64,000 nucleotides of DNA, from positions 1,538,032-1,602,031 of the forward strand of contig JADJEF010000020.1 of the NCBI GenBank assembly GCA_016702335.1, given 5' to 3'. The translations under genes and the position numbers were made by a program. The DNA is from Rhodocyclaceae bacterium. GTDB taxonomy: Bacteria; Pseudomonadota; Gammaproteobacteria; Burkholderiales; Rhodocyclaceae. Each line of letters starts with the position of its first letter. Position 1 is the stretch's first letter. Below are positions 46,264 through 53,399 of this stretch, piece after piece. The notes below the pieces were generated by a model, which saw only the letters and a program-made list of their open reading frames with translations, was not told the DNA's origin and ran no database searches.

Positions 46264-47277
46264 TTACTTCCAGCCGGCGCGATCAAATACCTTTTGTGCG
46301 GTGGCGGCATGGTTCGCCAGTTGCGCGACGGGCAGCGCATCGGCCTTGAACGGCCCCATGGCCTTGAGTGCCGGGTTGTCGACCTTGACACTCGCCACCA
46401 CCGGCCACTCGTTATTGCCATCGGCAAAATATTTCTGCGCGCTGTCCGAGGCGAGGTACTCCAGGAACTTCACGGCCGCTTCCTTGTGCGGAGCTGTTTT
46501 CAGCAGGCCGCCACCCGAGACATTGATGTGCGCACCCAAGCCTGAGGCCTGCTCGGGCCAGACCACCTGAAACTGGCTGGCCAGCTTTTTGTCTTCGGGT
46601 TTCTCGCTGCGCAAGATGCGCGCGACGTAGTAGCTGTTGGCAATCGCCACGCCGCATTCGCCGGCGGCCACGCCCTTGATCTGGTCGGTGTCGCCACCCT
46701 TGGGCGTGCGCGCGAAGTTTTGCACTACGCCACGCGCCCAGGCCTCGGCACGCGCCTCATCGCTGTGCGCAATGATCGAGGCCAGCAATGAGATGTTGTA
46801 CGGGTGCGCACCCGAGCGGCTGCACACCTGACCCTTGAGTTTGGGGTTGGCCAGGTCGCCGTAGCTCTGCACATCGGCCGCCTTGACCAGCGCCGGGTTG
46901 ATCACGAACACGCGGGCGCGGGTCGAAAACGCCAGCCAGGTGTCGGCGCGCAGGTTGGCCGGCACGCGTGATTCGATGGCTTTCGACTTCACCGGCGCGA
47001 ACAGACCCAGCTCATCGGCCTTGGCCAGGCGCGAGGCATCGACGGTAATAAACACGTCGGCGGGGCTCGACGCACCCTCGTTCTTTAGCCGTTCGAGCAG
47101 TTCGTCTTCCTTGCCTTCAATGCGATTGATCTTGATGCCGGTTTGCTTGGTGAAATCGGCATACAGCGCTTCATCGGTCTGGTAGTGACGGGCTGAGTAG
47201 AGGTTGAGTTCGGTGTCTTTGGCCTGAGCAGTGGAAAAAGCAGCGGTCATGGCGAGAAAGAATGCAGCGCGTTTCAT
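46264..47277 (-). CDS. fbpA: Fe(3+) ABC transporter substrate-binding protein (FbpA/AfuA family)
   Basis: Signal peptide. 337 aa. Typical FbpA sequence, with Fur boxes in its upstream region. Confidence 0.85.
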   Translation of the reverse strand: MKRAAFFLAMTAAFSTAQAKDTELNLYSARHYQTDEALYADFTKQTGIKINRIEGKEDELLERLKNEGASSPADVFITVDASRLAKADELGLFAPVKSKAIESRVPANLRADTWLAFSTRARVFVINPALVKAADVQSYGDLANPKLKGQVCSRSGAHPYNISLLASIIAHSDEARAEAWARGVVQNFARTPKGGDTDQIKGVAAGECGVAIANSYYVARILRSEKPEDKKLASQFQVVWPEQASGLGAHINVSGGGLLKTAPHKEAAVKFLEYLASDSAQKYFADGNNEWPVVASVKVDNPALKAMGPFKADALPVAQLANHAATAQKVFDRAGWK

Positions 47278-47295
47278 GGGCGGGTTCCTTGGGTG

Positions 47296-47380
47296 GAGTG
47301 GAGAACGTACGTATCTTAATGAGAACGATTCTCATTCTACTTGACTTATATCAATCCACAAATGAGAATGATTCCTAATA
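47296..47380. promoter_or_regulatory. divergent Fur-regulated promoter with two Fur boxes
   Basis: AATGAGAACGATTCTCATT is a perfect 8-bp inverted repeat matching the Fur-box consensus. A second box is AATGAGAATGATTCCTAAT. Both sit between fbpA and hemP. Confidence 0.65.
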
Positions 47381-47595
47381 ATTCATCCCATTCACTGATC
47401 AACTTACCTGTCATGACCCCTCTCAACACGTCCCTCGCCCCGCCTCGCCCCGACCAGCCCGTGCCCGTGCACCGCATCAACGGCATGGACAGCCGCACCC
47501 TGTTTGCCGGGGCCAAAGAAGTTCTGATCCTGCATCACGGCGAGCCCTACCGCCTTCGCGAAACGCGGCAGGGCAAGCTGATCCTGACCAAGTAA
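47341..47595 (+). CDS. hemP: hemin uptake protein HemP
   Basis: C-terminal LFAGAKEVLILHHGEPYRLRETRQGKLILTK is the HemP signature. The true start is probably Met 47413 (60 aa), because 47341 overlaps a Fur box. Confidence 0.65.
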   Translation: MTYINPQMRMIPNNSSHSLINLPVMTPLNTSLAPPRPDQPVPVHRINGMDSRTLFAGAKEVLILHHGEPYRLRETRQGKLILTK

Positions 47596-47605
47596 AGGAG
47601 CCACC

Positions 47606-47821
47606 ATGTACGTGTGCATCTGCAATGCGGTACGCGAAGCCGACATCCACGCTGCCGTCGCTGGCGGTGGCTGCCGGAAAGTGCGAGACTTGCGCACGCA
47701 GTTGGGGGTAGCGGCCGAGTGTGGCCGCTGCGCCGGCTGCGCGCGCGAGGTGCTGCATCAGGCTCTGCAAACCCGTGCCTCGAACAACCCCGCGGTCCGC
47801 GCCTGTTGCGCCGCCGCCTGA
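47606..47821 (+). CDS. bfd: bacterioferritin-associated ferredoxin
   Basis: RBS aaaggag. MYVCICNAV...CGRCAGC [2Fe-2S]-binding BFD motif. Confidence 0.85.
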   Translation: MYVCICNAVREADIHAAVAGGGCRKVRDLRTQLGVAAECGRCAGCAREVLHQALQTRASNNPAVRACCAAA

Positions 47822-47834
47822 ACGGAGATTTGCC

Positions 47835-48311
47835 ATGAAAGGCGACGCCCAGGTCATCAAACTGCTCAACAAGCAACTGGTCAACGAGCTGACCGCGATC
47901 AACCAGTATTTCCTGCATGCGCGCATGTACAAGAACTGGGGCTTTACCGCCCTGGGCAAGCATGAGTACGAGGAGTCGATCGAGGAAATGCATCACGCCG
48001 ACAAGCTCATCGAGCGCGTGCTGTTCCTCGAAGGCTTGCCCAATCTGCAAGCGCTGAACAAGCTGATCATCGGCGAGAACGTGCCCGAATGCATCGCCGG
48101 CGATCTGAAGCTGGAAAAGGGCGCGCACAAGGATCTGGTCGAGGCCATCGCCCACTGCGAGAGCGTGCGCGACTACGTCTCGCGTGATCTGCTGCAGGAG
48201 ATTCTCGACGATACCGAAGAGCACATCGACTACCTCGAAACGCAACTGGAGCTGATCGAGAAGGTCGGCGTGCAGAACTATCTGCAGACGCAGATGGGCT
48301 CGCCCTCGTAG
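47835..48311 (+). CDS. bfr: bacterioferritin
   Basis: [37 protein letters not shown]; a classic Bfr of 158 aa. Confidence 0.9.
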   Translation: MKGDAQVIKLLNKQLVNELTAINQYFLHARMYKNWGFTALGKHEYEESIEEMHHADKLIERVLFLEGLPNLQALNKLIIGENVPECIAGDLKLEKGAHKDLVEAIAHCESVRDYVSRDLLQEILDDTEEHIDYLETQLELIEKVGVQNYLQTQMGSPS

Positions 48312-48421
48312 CTTTGCAACACTGACGGCCGGGCAGTCTCCCGGTCTTTTCCAGCCAGCCAGCCGGCGCGCATGATGCGCCTGGCAAGCCAGCCAACAAT
48401 CATCTTGTTTGGAGGTTTGCC

Positions 48422-48976
48422 ATGCGCATCGCGCGCCTTGCTGTAGTTGCCGCATCACTCACCACCCTGACCACCCTGCCAGCGCTGGCGCTGGAATACC
48501 CCATCGGCGCGCCGAAGGAGGTCAATGGTCTCGAAGTCGCTGCCGTTTATCTGCAGCCCATCGACATGGAACCGCCCGGCCACATGCGCAAGGCCTCGGA
48601 GTCGGACATCCACCTCGAAGCCGACATCAAGGCCTTGGGCAAGAACCCCAACGGCATTCCCGAAGGTGCCTGGGCGCCTTACCTGCACGTCACCTTCGAG
48701 CTGACCAAGGCCGGTGACAAGGACGTGATCAAGGGCGACATGATGCCCATGGTCGCCAGCGACGGTCCGCACTATGGCGACAACGTCAAGCTCAAGGGCC
48801 CGGGCAAGTACAAGGTTAAATTCACCGTCTACCCGCCGGGCGATGCCGGCAACCCGCATGGTGCGCACTTCGGCCGCCACACCGACCGCGCCACCGGTGT
48901 CGGTGCCTGGTTCAAGCCCTTCAGCGTGGAGTGGGACTTCACCTACGCCGGCATCGGCAAGAAGGGCGGCTACTGA
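48422..48976 (+). CDS. ftrA: periplasmic iron/copper-binding protein P19 (FtrA/Tp34 family)
   Basis: Signal peptide. Conserved P19 segments (MMPMVASDGPHYGDNVKL, KVKFTVYPPG). Confidence 0.8.
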   Translation: MRIARLAVVAASLTTLTTLPALALEYPIGAPKEVNGLEVAAVYLQPIDMEPPGHMRKASESDIHLEADIKALGKNPNGIPEGAWAPYLHVTFELTKAGDKDVIKGDMMPMVASDGPHYGDNVKLKGPGKYKVKFTVYPPGDAGNPHGAHFGRHTDRATGVGAWFKPFSVEWDFTYAGIGKKGGY

Positions 48977-49347
48977 TGCCGCCTCGTGGTGGCCGCTGGC
49001 TCGCGCACGGCAGCTTTGTCGCCGCACTCTGGATCGGGCTTGGCCTCGCCGTGCCCGAGCCGGTGCAGGCGCAGGCCAAAGCGCTGCCGGCATTTACCGC
49101 CACCGTGACCGATGGCGTGTTCGCCCCGGCCCGCCTCGTCGTGCCGGCCGGCGAGCGGGTCAAGATCATCCTCAAGAACGAAGGCCCCGGCCCGCTCGAA
49201 TTCGAGAACGACGACATGCGCATCGAAAAGATTGTCGCTGCCGGAGCGGGTTCGTTTGTGGTGCTGCCACCGCTCAAGCCGGGGACGTATGAGTTCATTG
49301 ATGAATTCAACATCGCGACCGGCGTGCTGGTGATCGAGGCGCAGTAA
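48976..49347 (+). CDS. periplasmic cupredoxin-like protein (FtrB-like)
   Basis: Start overlaps the upstream stop (ATGA). Signal peptide. Cupredoxin-like beta-strand pattern. Confidence 0.6.
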   Translation: MPPRGGRWLAHGSFVAALWIGLGLAVPEPVQAQAKALPAFTATVTDGVFAPARLVVPAGERVKIILKNEGPGPLEFENDDMRIEKIVAAGAGSFVVLPPLKPGTYEFIDEFNIATGVLVIEAQ

Positions 49348-49352
49348 TCGTT

Positions 49353-50735
49353 GTGCACACCATCGTATTCCATCGCCAACCGCCGTTACGCCAGCGCCGA
49401 CTTGCGGTACTTGCGCGCATTGGCGACTGGCTGGCCACGCACCGCCGCGTCATCCTCGGCGTGCAGTGGGTGGTGGTCGCGTGCTATCTGCTGCTCGTCG
49501 CGCTGCCCGCCTTCCTGCCCCTGCCGGCGGGCGACGCACACCTGTTTGGCTCGGCACTGTGGCATGAACGTGTGGTGCTCTTGGCGCAATACCTGTTCTG
49601 GGGCGTGTGGTGGCCCTTCGTCATTCTGTCCATCATGCTCATGGGCCGCGTCTGGTGCGGCGTGCTCTGCCCCGAGGGCGCGCTCTCGGAATGGGCCAGC
49701 CGGCACGGGCGCGGCGGCGCGATTCCCAAATGGCTGCGCTGGGGCGGCTGGCCCTTTGTTGCCTTCGTACTGACCACGGTTTATGGGCAGCTGGTCAGCG
49801 TGTATGACTACGCGCAGGCGGCACTGCTGATCCTAGGCGGCTCGACCGTTGCCGCGATGATCGTGGGCTATTTCTACGGCCAGGGCAAGCGCGTCTGGTG
49901 CCGCTACCTGTGCCCGGTCACCGGCGTGTTTGCGTTGCTGGCGCGCTTAGCGCCCATCCACTTTCGCGTCGACCGCGCCGCGTGGGCCGCCTACCCGCAG
50001 CGCACGCCAGCGGTCGATTGCGCACCGCTGCTGCCCGTGAGCCACCTGAATGGCATGGCGCAGTGCCACGCCTGCGGCCGCTGCAGCGGGCATCGTGATG
50101 CGATGACGCTGGCGGCGCGTTCGCCCAATGCCGAAATCCTTGCCGGCGATGCGCCAACGCACTGGGACATGGCGCTGCTCTGCGTCGGCATTTTCGGCGT
50201 GGCGCTGGGCGCGTTTACCTGGAGCCTGGCGCCGACGTTTGTGGCGCTGAAACAGACAACGGCCGCATGGCTGATCGAGCGCGACATCCTCTGGCCGCTG
50301 GCCGAGAGCCCGGCCTGGTGGCTGCTCACGGCCTACCCGCAGGCCAACGACGTATTCACCCTGCTCGACGGCGCAGCCATCCTCGGCTGGATCGCAGCGA
50401 CCGCACTGGTGCTCGGCGGCGGCATCTGGCTGACGCTGCACGGCGCGGCGCGGCTGGCCCAGGTCGATGCCCGTCGCCTGGCCCTGGGTCTCGTGCCACT
50501 GGCCGGCGCCAGCCTGTTTCTCGGCCTCTCAATGATGACGGTGAATCACCTGCGCGCCGAGGGCGTGCTGCTGCCCTGGCTTGAGGTGGTGCGAGTGGGC
50601 CTGCTGGGCGGTACGGCGCTGTGGTCGGCCGCGCTGCTCTGGCGACTGGCGGCGGATCGCCTCGCCGGCTTTCTAACCGCCCTGCTGCCGGTGGTCGCGG
50701 TGTGCAGCGTCTGGACGCTAACGCTGCTCAAATGA
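49353..50735 (+). CDS. membrane-bound polyferredoxin (FtrD/NapH-like)
   Basis: TM helices plus CxxC..CP pairs (WCGVLCPEG, WCRYLCPVTG, CHACGRC). The dispersed repeat lies in the N-terminal cytoplasmic region. Confidence 0.7.
   Translation: MHTIVFHRQPPLRQRRLAVLARIGDWLATHRRVILGVQWVVVACYLLLVALPAFLPLPAGDAHLFGSALWHERVVLLAQYLFWGVWWPFVILSIMLMGRVWCGVLCPEGALSEWASRHGRGGAIPKWLRWGGWPFVAFVLTTVYGQLVSVYDYAQAALLILGGSTVAAMIVGYFYGQGKRVWCRYLCPVTGVFALLARLAPIHFRVDRAAWAAYPQRTPAVDCAPLLPVSHLNGMAQCHACGRCSGHRDAMTLAARSPNAEILAGDAPTHWDMALLCVGIFGVALGAFTWSLAPTFVALKQTTAAWLIERDILWPLAESPAWWLLTAYPQANDVFTLLDGAAILGWIAATALVLGGGIWLTLHGAARLAQVDARRLALGLVPLAGASLFLGLSMMTVNHLRAEGVLLPWLEVVRVGLLGGTALWSAALLWRLAADRLAGFLTALLPVVAVCSVWTLTLLK
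49381..49407 (+). repeat. dispersed element copy 10
   Basis: CGCCGTtacgCCAGCGCCGACTTGCGG. In the 5' end of the polyferredoxin gene, encoding PPLRQRRLAVL in a different frame. Confidence 0.85.
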
Positions 50736-51430
50736 ACGTGCGCACAACCACCTTGATCGTGTCCTCGCCGACACAGATTCTGAGCTCTGCCTGTCACTGC
50801 GCACTGGTCGCCGGCGTGCATCTGGCGGTGCTGGCATGGCTGTGGCAGGCGGTGCCGACCGCTGTGCGCGCGCCGCTGGTGTTGCAGATGCGCATGATCG
50901 CAGCAGGGGTAGCACCAACGGTCACAGCGCCACTATCGGCCGTGTCCCCACTCCAGTCGCGCCGGCAAAACGCCGTCCTGCCAGCGCCGACTTCCCGACC
51001 CATCGTTGCACCCGTCGCGCCACCCATAGCATCACCCACGGCCACATCGCCCGTCGCCGTTGCCGATGCGCCCGCGCCAACCATCGCCGCCACTGAGAGC
51101 TTCGCCACGCCCACCGAGAGCACCCCCGCGAGCGCCCCGGTCGACCCCACGCCGCCACGCTTTGACGTCGGCACGCTCGACAACCCCACGCCCGCCTACC
51201 CCGCGCTCTCGCGCCGGCTGGGCGAGCAGGGGCAGGTGCTGCTGCAGGTCGAGGTCGGCACCGACGGCCGCGCGCACAAAGTGGCGGTGAAACGCAGCAG
51301 CGGCTACCCGCGTCTGGACCACGCGGCGCTGGAAACCGTGCGCCGCTGGACCTTTATCCCCGCCCGCCTGAGCCGCCTCGCCATCGCGGCCAGCGTGCTG
51401 GTGCCAATTCGTTTCTCGCTGAAAGAGTGA
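50732..51430 (+). CDS. tonB: TonB energy-transducer
   Basis: ATG overlaps the upstream stop (ATGA). N-terminal TM. Pro/Ala-rich spacer. C-terminal TonB domain (GQVLLQVEVGTDGRAHKVAVKRSSGYPRLDHAALETVRRWTFIPA). The GTG start at 50621 is rejected. Confidence 0.75.
   Translation: MNVRTTTLIVSSPTQILSSACHCALVAGVHLAVLAWLWQAVPTAVRAPLVLQMRMIAAGVAPTVTAPLSAVSPLQSRRQNAVLPAPTSRPIVAPVAPPIASPTATSPVAVADAPAPTIAATESFATPTESTPASAPVDPTPPRFDVGTLDNPTPAYPALSRRLGEQGQVLLQVEVGTDGRAHKVAVKRSSGYPRLDHAALETVRRWTFIPARLSRLAIAASVLVPIRFSLKE
50971..50997 (+). repeat. dispersed element copy 11 (CTTCCCGACCC sub-variant)
   Basis: CGCCGTcctgCCAGCGCCGACTTCCCGACC. In the TonB proline-rich spacer (AVLPAPTSRP). Confidence 0.85.
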
Positions 51431-51431
51431 T

Positions 51432-52154
51432 GTGATGGACTCCGCTGCAAACCCCATGGGCCTCGCCCACTTCATTGCCCACGCCGACGCCGTGGCGCGC
51501 ACCCTGCTGCTCATCCTGCTGGTGATGTCCATTGGCACCTGGTCGCTCATTGTCGGCAAGGGGCTCAAGCTGTGGCGCGCGCACCGCGCTGCCGGCGATT
51601 TCCTGCGCGATTTCTGGGCCGCGCCCAGCCTCGATGCCGTGGCGCAGCGCATTACCGAGAACGGCGTCACCGACGCCTTCTCGCACCTCGTGCATCACGG
51701 CTTTACGGCTGTGGCGCAGCATCGCGCCGGGCGCGACGGCGAACAGCCGCGCGGCCTGATCGACGCCGGCACGCCCGACGAGTTCCTCACCCGCGCACTC
51801 AAGCGCGCCATCGCGCAGGACAAGGCGCGCCTCGATGCTGGCCTCACCTTTCTCGCCACCGTCGCGTCGAGTGCGCCCTTCGTCGGTTTGTTTGGCACGG
51901 TCTGGGGCATCTACCACGCGCTGATCGCCATCGGCGCCAGCGGCCAGGGCACGCTGGACAAGGTCGCCGGCCCGGTCGGTGAAGCGCTGATCATGACCGC
52001 CATGGGTCTGGCGGTCGCCATTCCCGCCGCCATGGCCTACAACGCCTTCGCCCGTGCCCAGCGCAACACGCTCGCCGAGCTCAATTCGTTCGCCCACGAC
52101 GTGTTCACCTTTCTTGCCACCGGGCTCAAGCAAGCGCCGGTAGCGCGCGTCTGA
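51432..52154 (+). CDS. exbB: ExbB (MotA/TolQ/ExbB proton channel)
   Basis: Three TM helices. Conserved ExbB C-terminal helix (PFVGLFGTVWGI...IMTAMGLAVAIPA). Confidence 0.85.
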   Translation: MMDSAANPMGLAHFIAHADAVARTLLLILLVMSIGTWSLIVGKGLKLWRAHRAAGDFLRDFWAAPSLDAVAQRITENGVTDAFSHLVHHGFTAVAQHRAGRDGEQPRGLIDAGTPDEFLTRALKRAIAQDKARLDAGLTFLATVASSAPFVGLFGTVWGIYHALIAIGASGQGTLDKVAGPVGEALIMTAMGLAVAIPAAMAYNAFARAQRNTLAELNSFAHDVFTFLATGLKQAPVARV

Positions 52155-52166
52155 GCGGCCAACACC

Positions 52167-52586
52167 ATGAGCTTCGCCACCCTCGACCCCGACGATACCG
52201 CCAGCGATCTGGCCGAGATCAACATGGTGCCGCTGATCGACGTGATGCTGGTGCTGCTGGTGATCTTCATCGTCGCCGCACCGCTGCTCCAGCATGCCGT
52301 GCCGCTCGATCTGCCACGCGCCGCCAGCCAGCCGCAGAGCGCGCCGGCCGAGCACATCAAGCTCGCCATCGACCGCGCCGGGCACATCTACTGGAATGGC
52401 ACGCTCACCCCGCTGGCGCAGATCGAGCAACGCCTGACCGACACCGGTACGCGCGCCCCGCACACCGAGTTGCACCTGTCAGCGGACAGCGCCACCGCCT
52501 ACGAACGCGTCGCCCAGCTGCTCGCCGCCAGCAGTCGCGCCGGGCTGACGCGGGTGGGGTTTGTCACCGATCCGAGGGCGAAATGA
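52167..52586 (+). CDS. exbD: ExbD
   Basis: EINMVPLIDVMLVLLVIFIV motif. 139 aa. Confidence 0.85.
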   Translation: MSFATLDPDDTASDLAEINMVPLIDVMLVLLVIFIVAAPLLQHAVPLDLPRAASQPQSAPAEHIKLAIDRAGHIYWNGTLTPLAQIEQRLTDTGTRAPHTELHLSADSATAYERVAQLLAASSRAGLTRVGFVTDPRAK

Positions 52587-52594
52587 ACCGGTAC

Positions 52595-52834
52595 TTACTG
52601 CCGTTCGTCACCGAGGTCGGGCGTCACATCGGGGGCGCGATCCAGCACAGCGAGAAAATCACTGCGCCGGCCTTGCGCCGCCTCGGCGCGCAGGTAGTCC
52701 AGCGTCATTACGCTGGCCATTTTTTCGGCGGCGGCACTGGCAATGAACTGATTCACCGACACGCCGTCGCGCGCCGCCAGTTCCTTGATGCGCAGATGCA
52801 CCGAATCGGGCAGTCGTATGGTCAGGGCAGTCAT
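52595..52834 (-). CDS. small DNA-binding (RHH/Arc-like) putative antitoxin, paralog of 13958..14191
   Basis: 79 aa. Paralogy noted above. 4-bp overlap with the upstream PIN gene. Confidence 0.6.
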   Translation of the reverse strand: MTALTIRLPDSVHLRIKELAARDGVSVNQFIASAAAEKMASVMTLDYLRAEAAQGRRSDFLAVLDRAPDVTPDLGDERQ

Positions 52835-53256
52835 GGCAGGGTCTCCAGATGACGAAGGAAATTACCGGGCGTCATGGCGACCACACCCAGCTCGGAGGCA
52901 CGCGCAAAGTCCTTGACGTTGTGCGTGATGATGAATTCGCAACTCGCCGCCACGGCGCACTCCAGCACCATGTCGTCGTCCGGGTCGCGCAGGAAGGGAC
53001 GCCACAGGTAGTAGATATCCTGCAAGTGCGCAATCGAGGCGAGATAGCGCAGAAAGCCCTGAATCTGCTCAACGCCCACGCCGGGCGGTCGATGCTCAGG
53101 GCGCGTCAGCACCGCCTGCCACTCCATGTACAGGGCGACGGAAAGTGCCGGCGTGAATTGCGTCGACGGCAGGCCGCGCAGCAAGCCCTGACTGGCGCCC
53201 TGACGGGAACGCAGGGCGGCAACGAGTACCGAGGTATCAATAACGATGCGCATCAT
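52831..53256 (-). CDS. PIN-domain protein (putative toxin), paralog of 13519..13953
   Basis: MMRIVIDTSVLVAALRS...EFIITHNVKDF. Aligns with the first PIN gene along its whole length. Confidence 0.75.
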   Translation of the reverse strand: MMRIVIDTSVLVAALRSRQGASQGLLRGLPSTQFTPALSVALYMEWQAVLTRPEHRPPGVGVEQIQGFLRYLASIAHLQDIYYLWRPFLRDPDDDMVLECAVAASCEFIITHNVKDFARASELGVVAMTPGNFLRHLETLP

Positions 53257-53399
53257 GGTTACACCAATATACCCATCGAAGCACTATTACGCAACTCATG
53301 AATACCTGATTGCGTCGAATATCAACCCCTGCCAGCCAGCCCCCGCAGTCCTTTCTGCCGCCAGCCAGCCTTGAACACTTGCTCCCGGAAAGGAATGCC

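Noticed and set aside
46038-46349. ORF encoding ...AVSPAPTWGSRL... between the csp-like gene and fbpA
   Set aside because: It is created solely by a copy of the dispersed element in a convergent intergenic region. No RBS or domain. Likely spurious.
50621-50731. GTG-initiated long form of tonB
   Set aside because: It overlaps the 3' end of the polyferredoxin gene. ATG 50732 forms an ATGA junction and precedes the TM helix.
53257-53399. Possible Fur box upstream of the 53400 TonB-dependent receptor (aactcatgaatacctgattgcg)
   Set aside because: It matches the Fur consensus only weakly and has no clear inverted repeat. A PWM scan would be needed.
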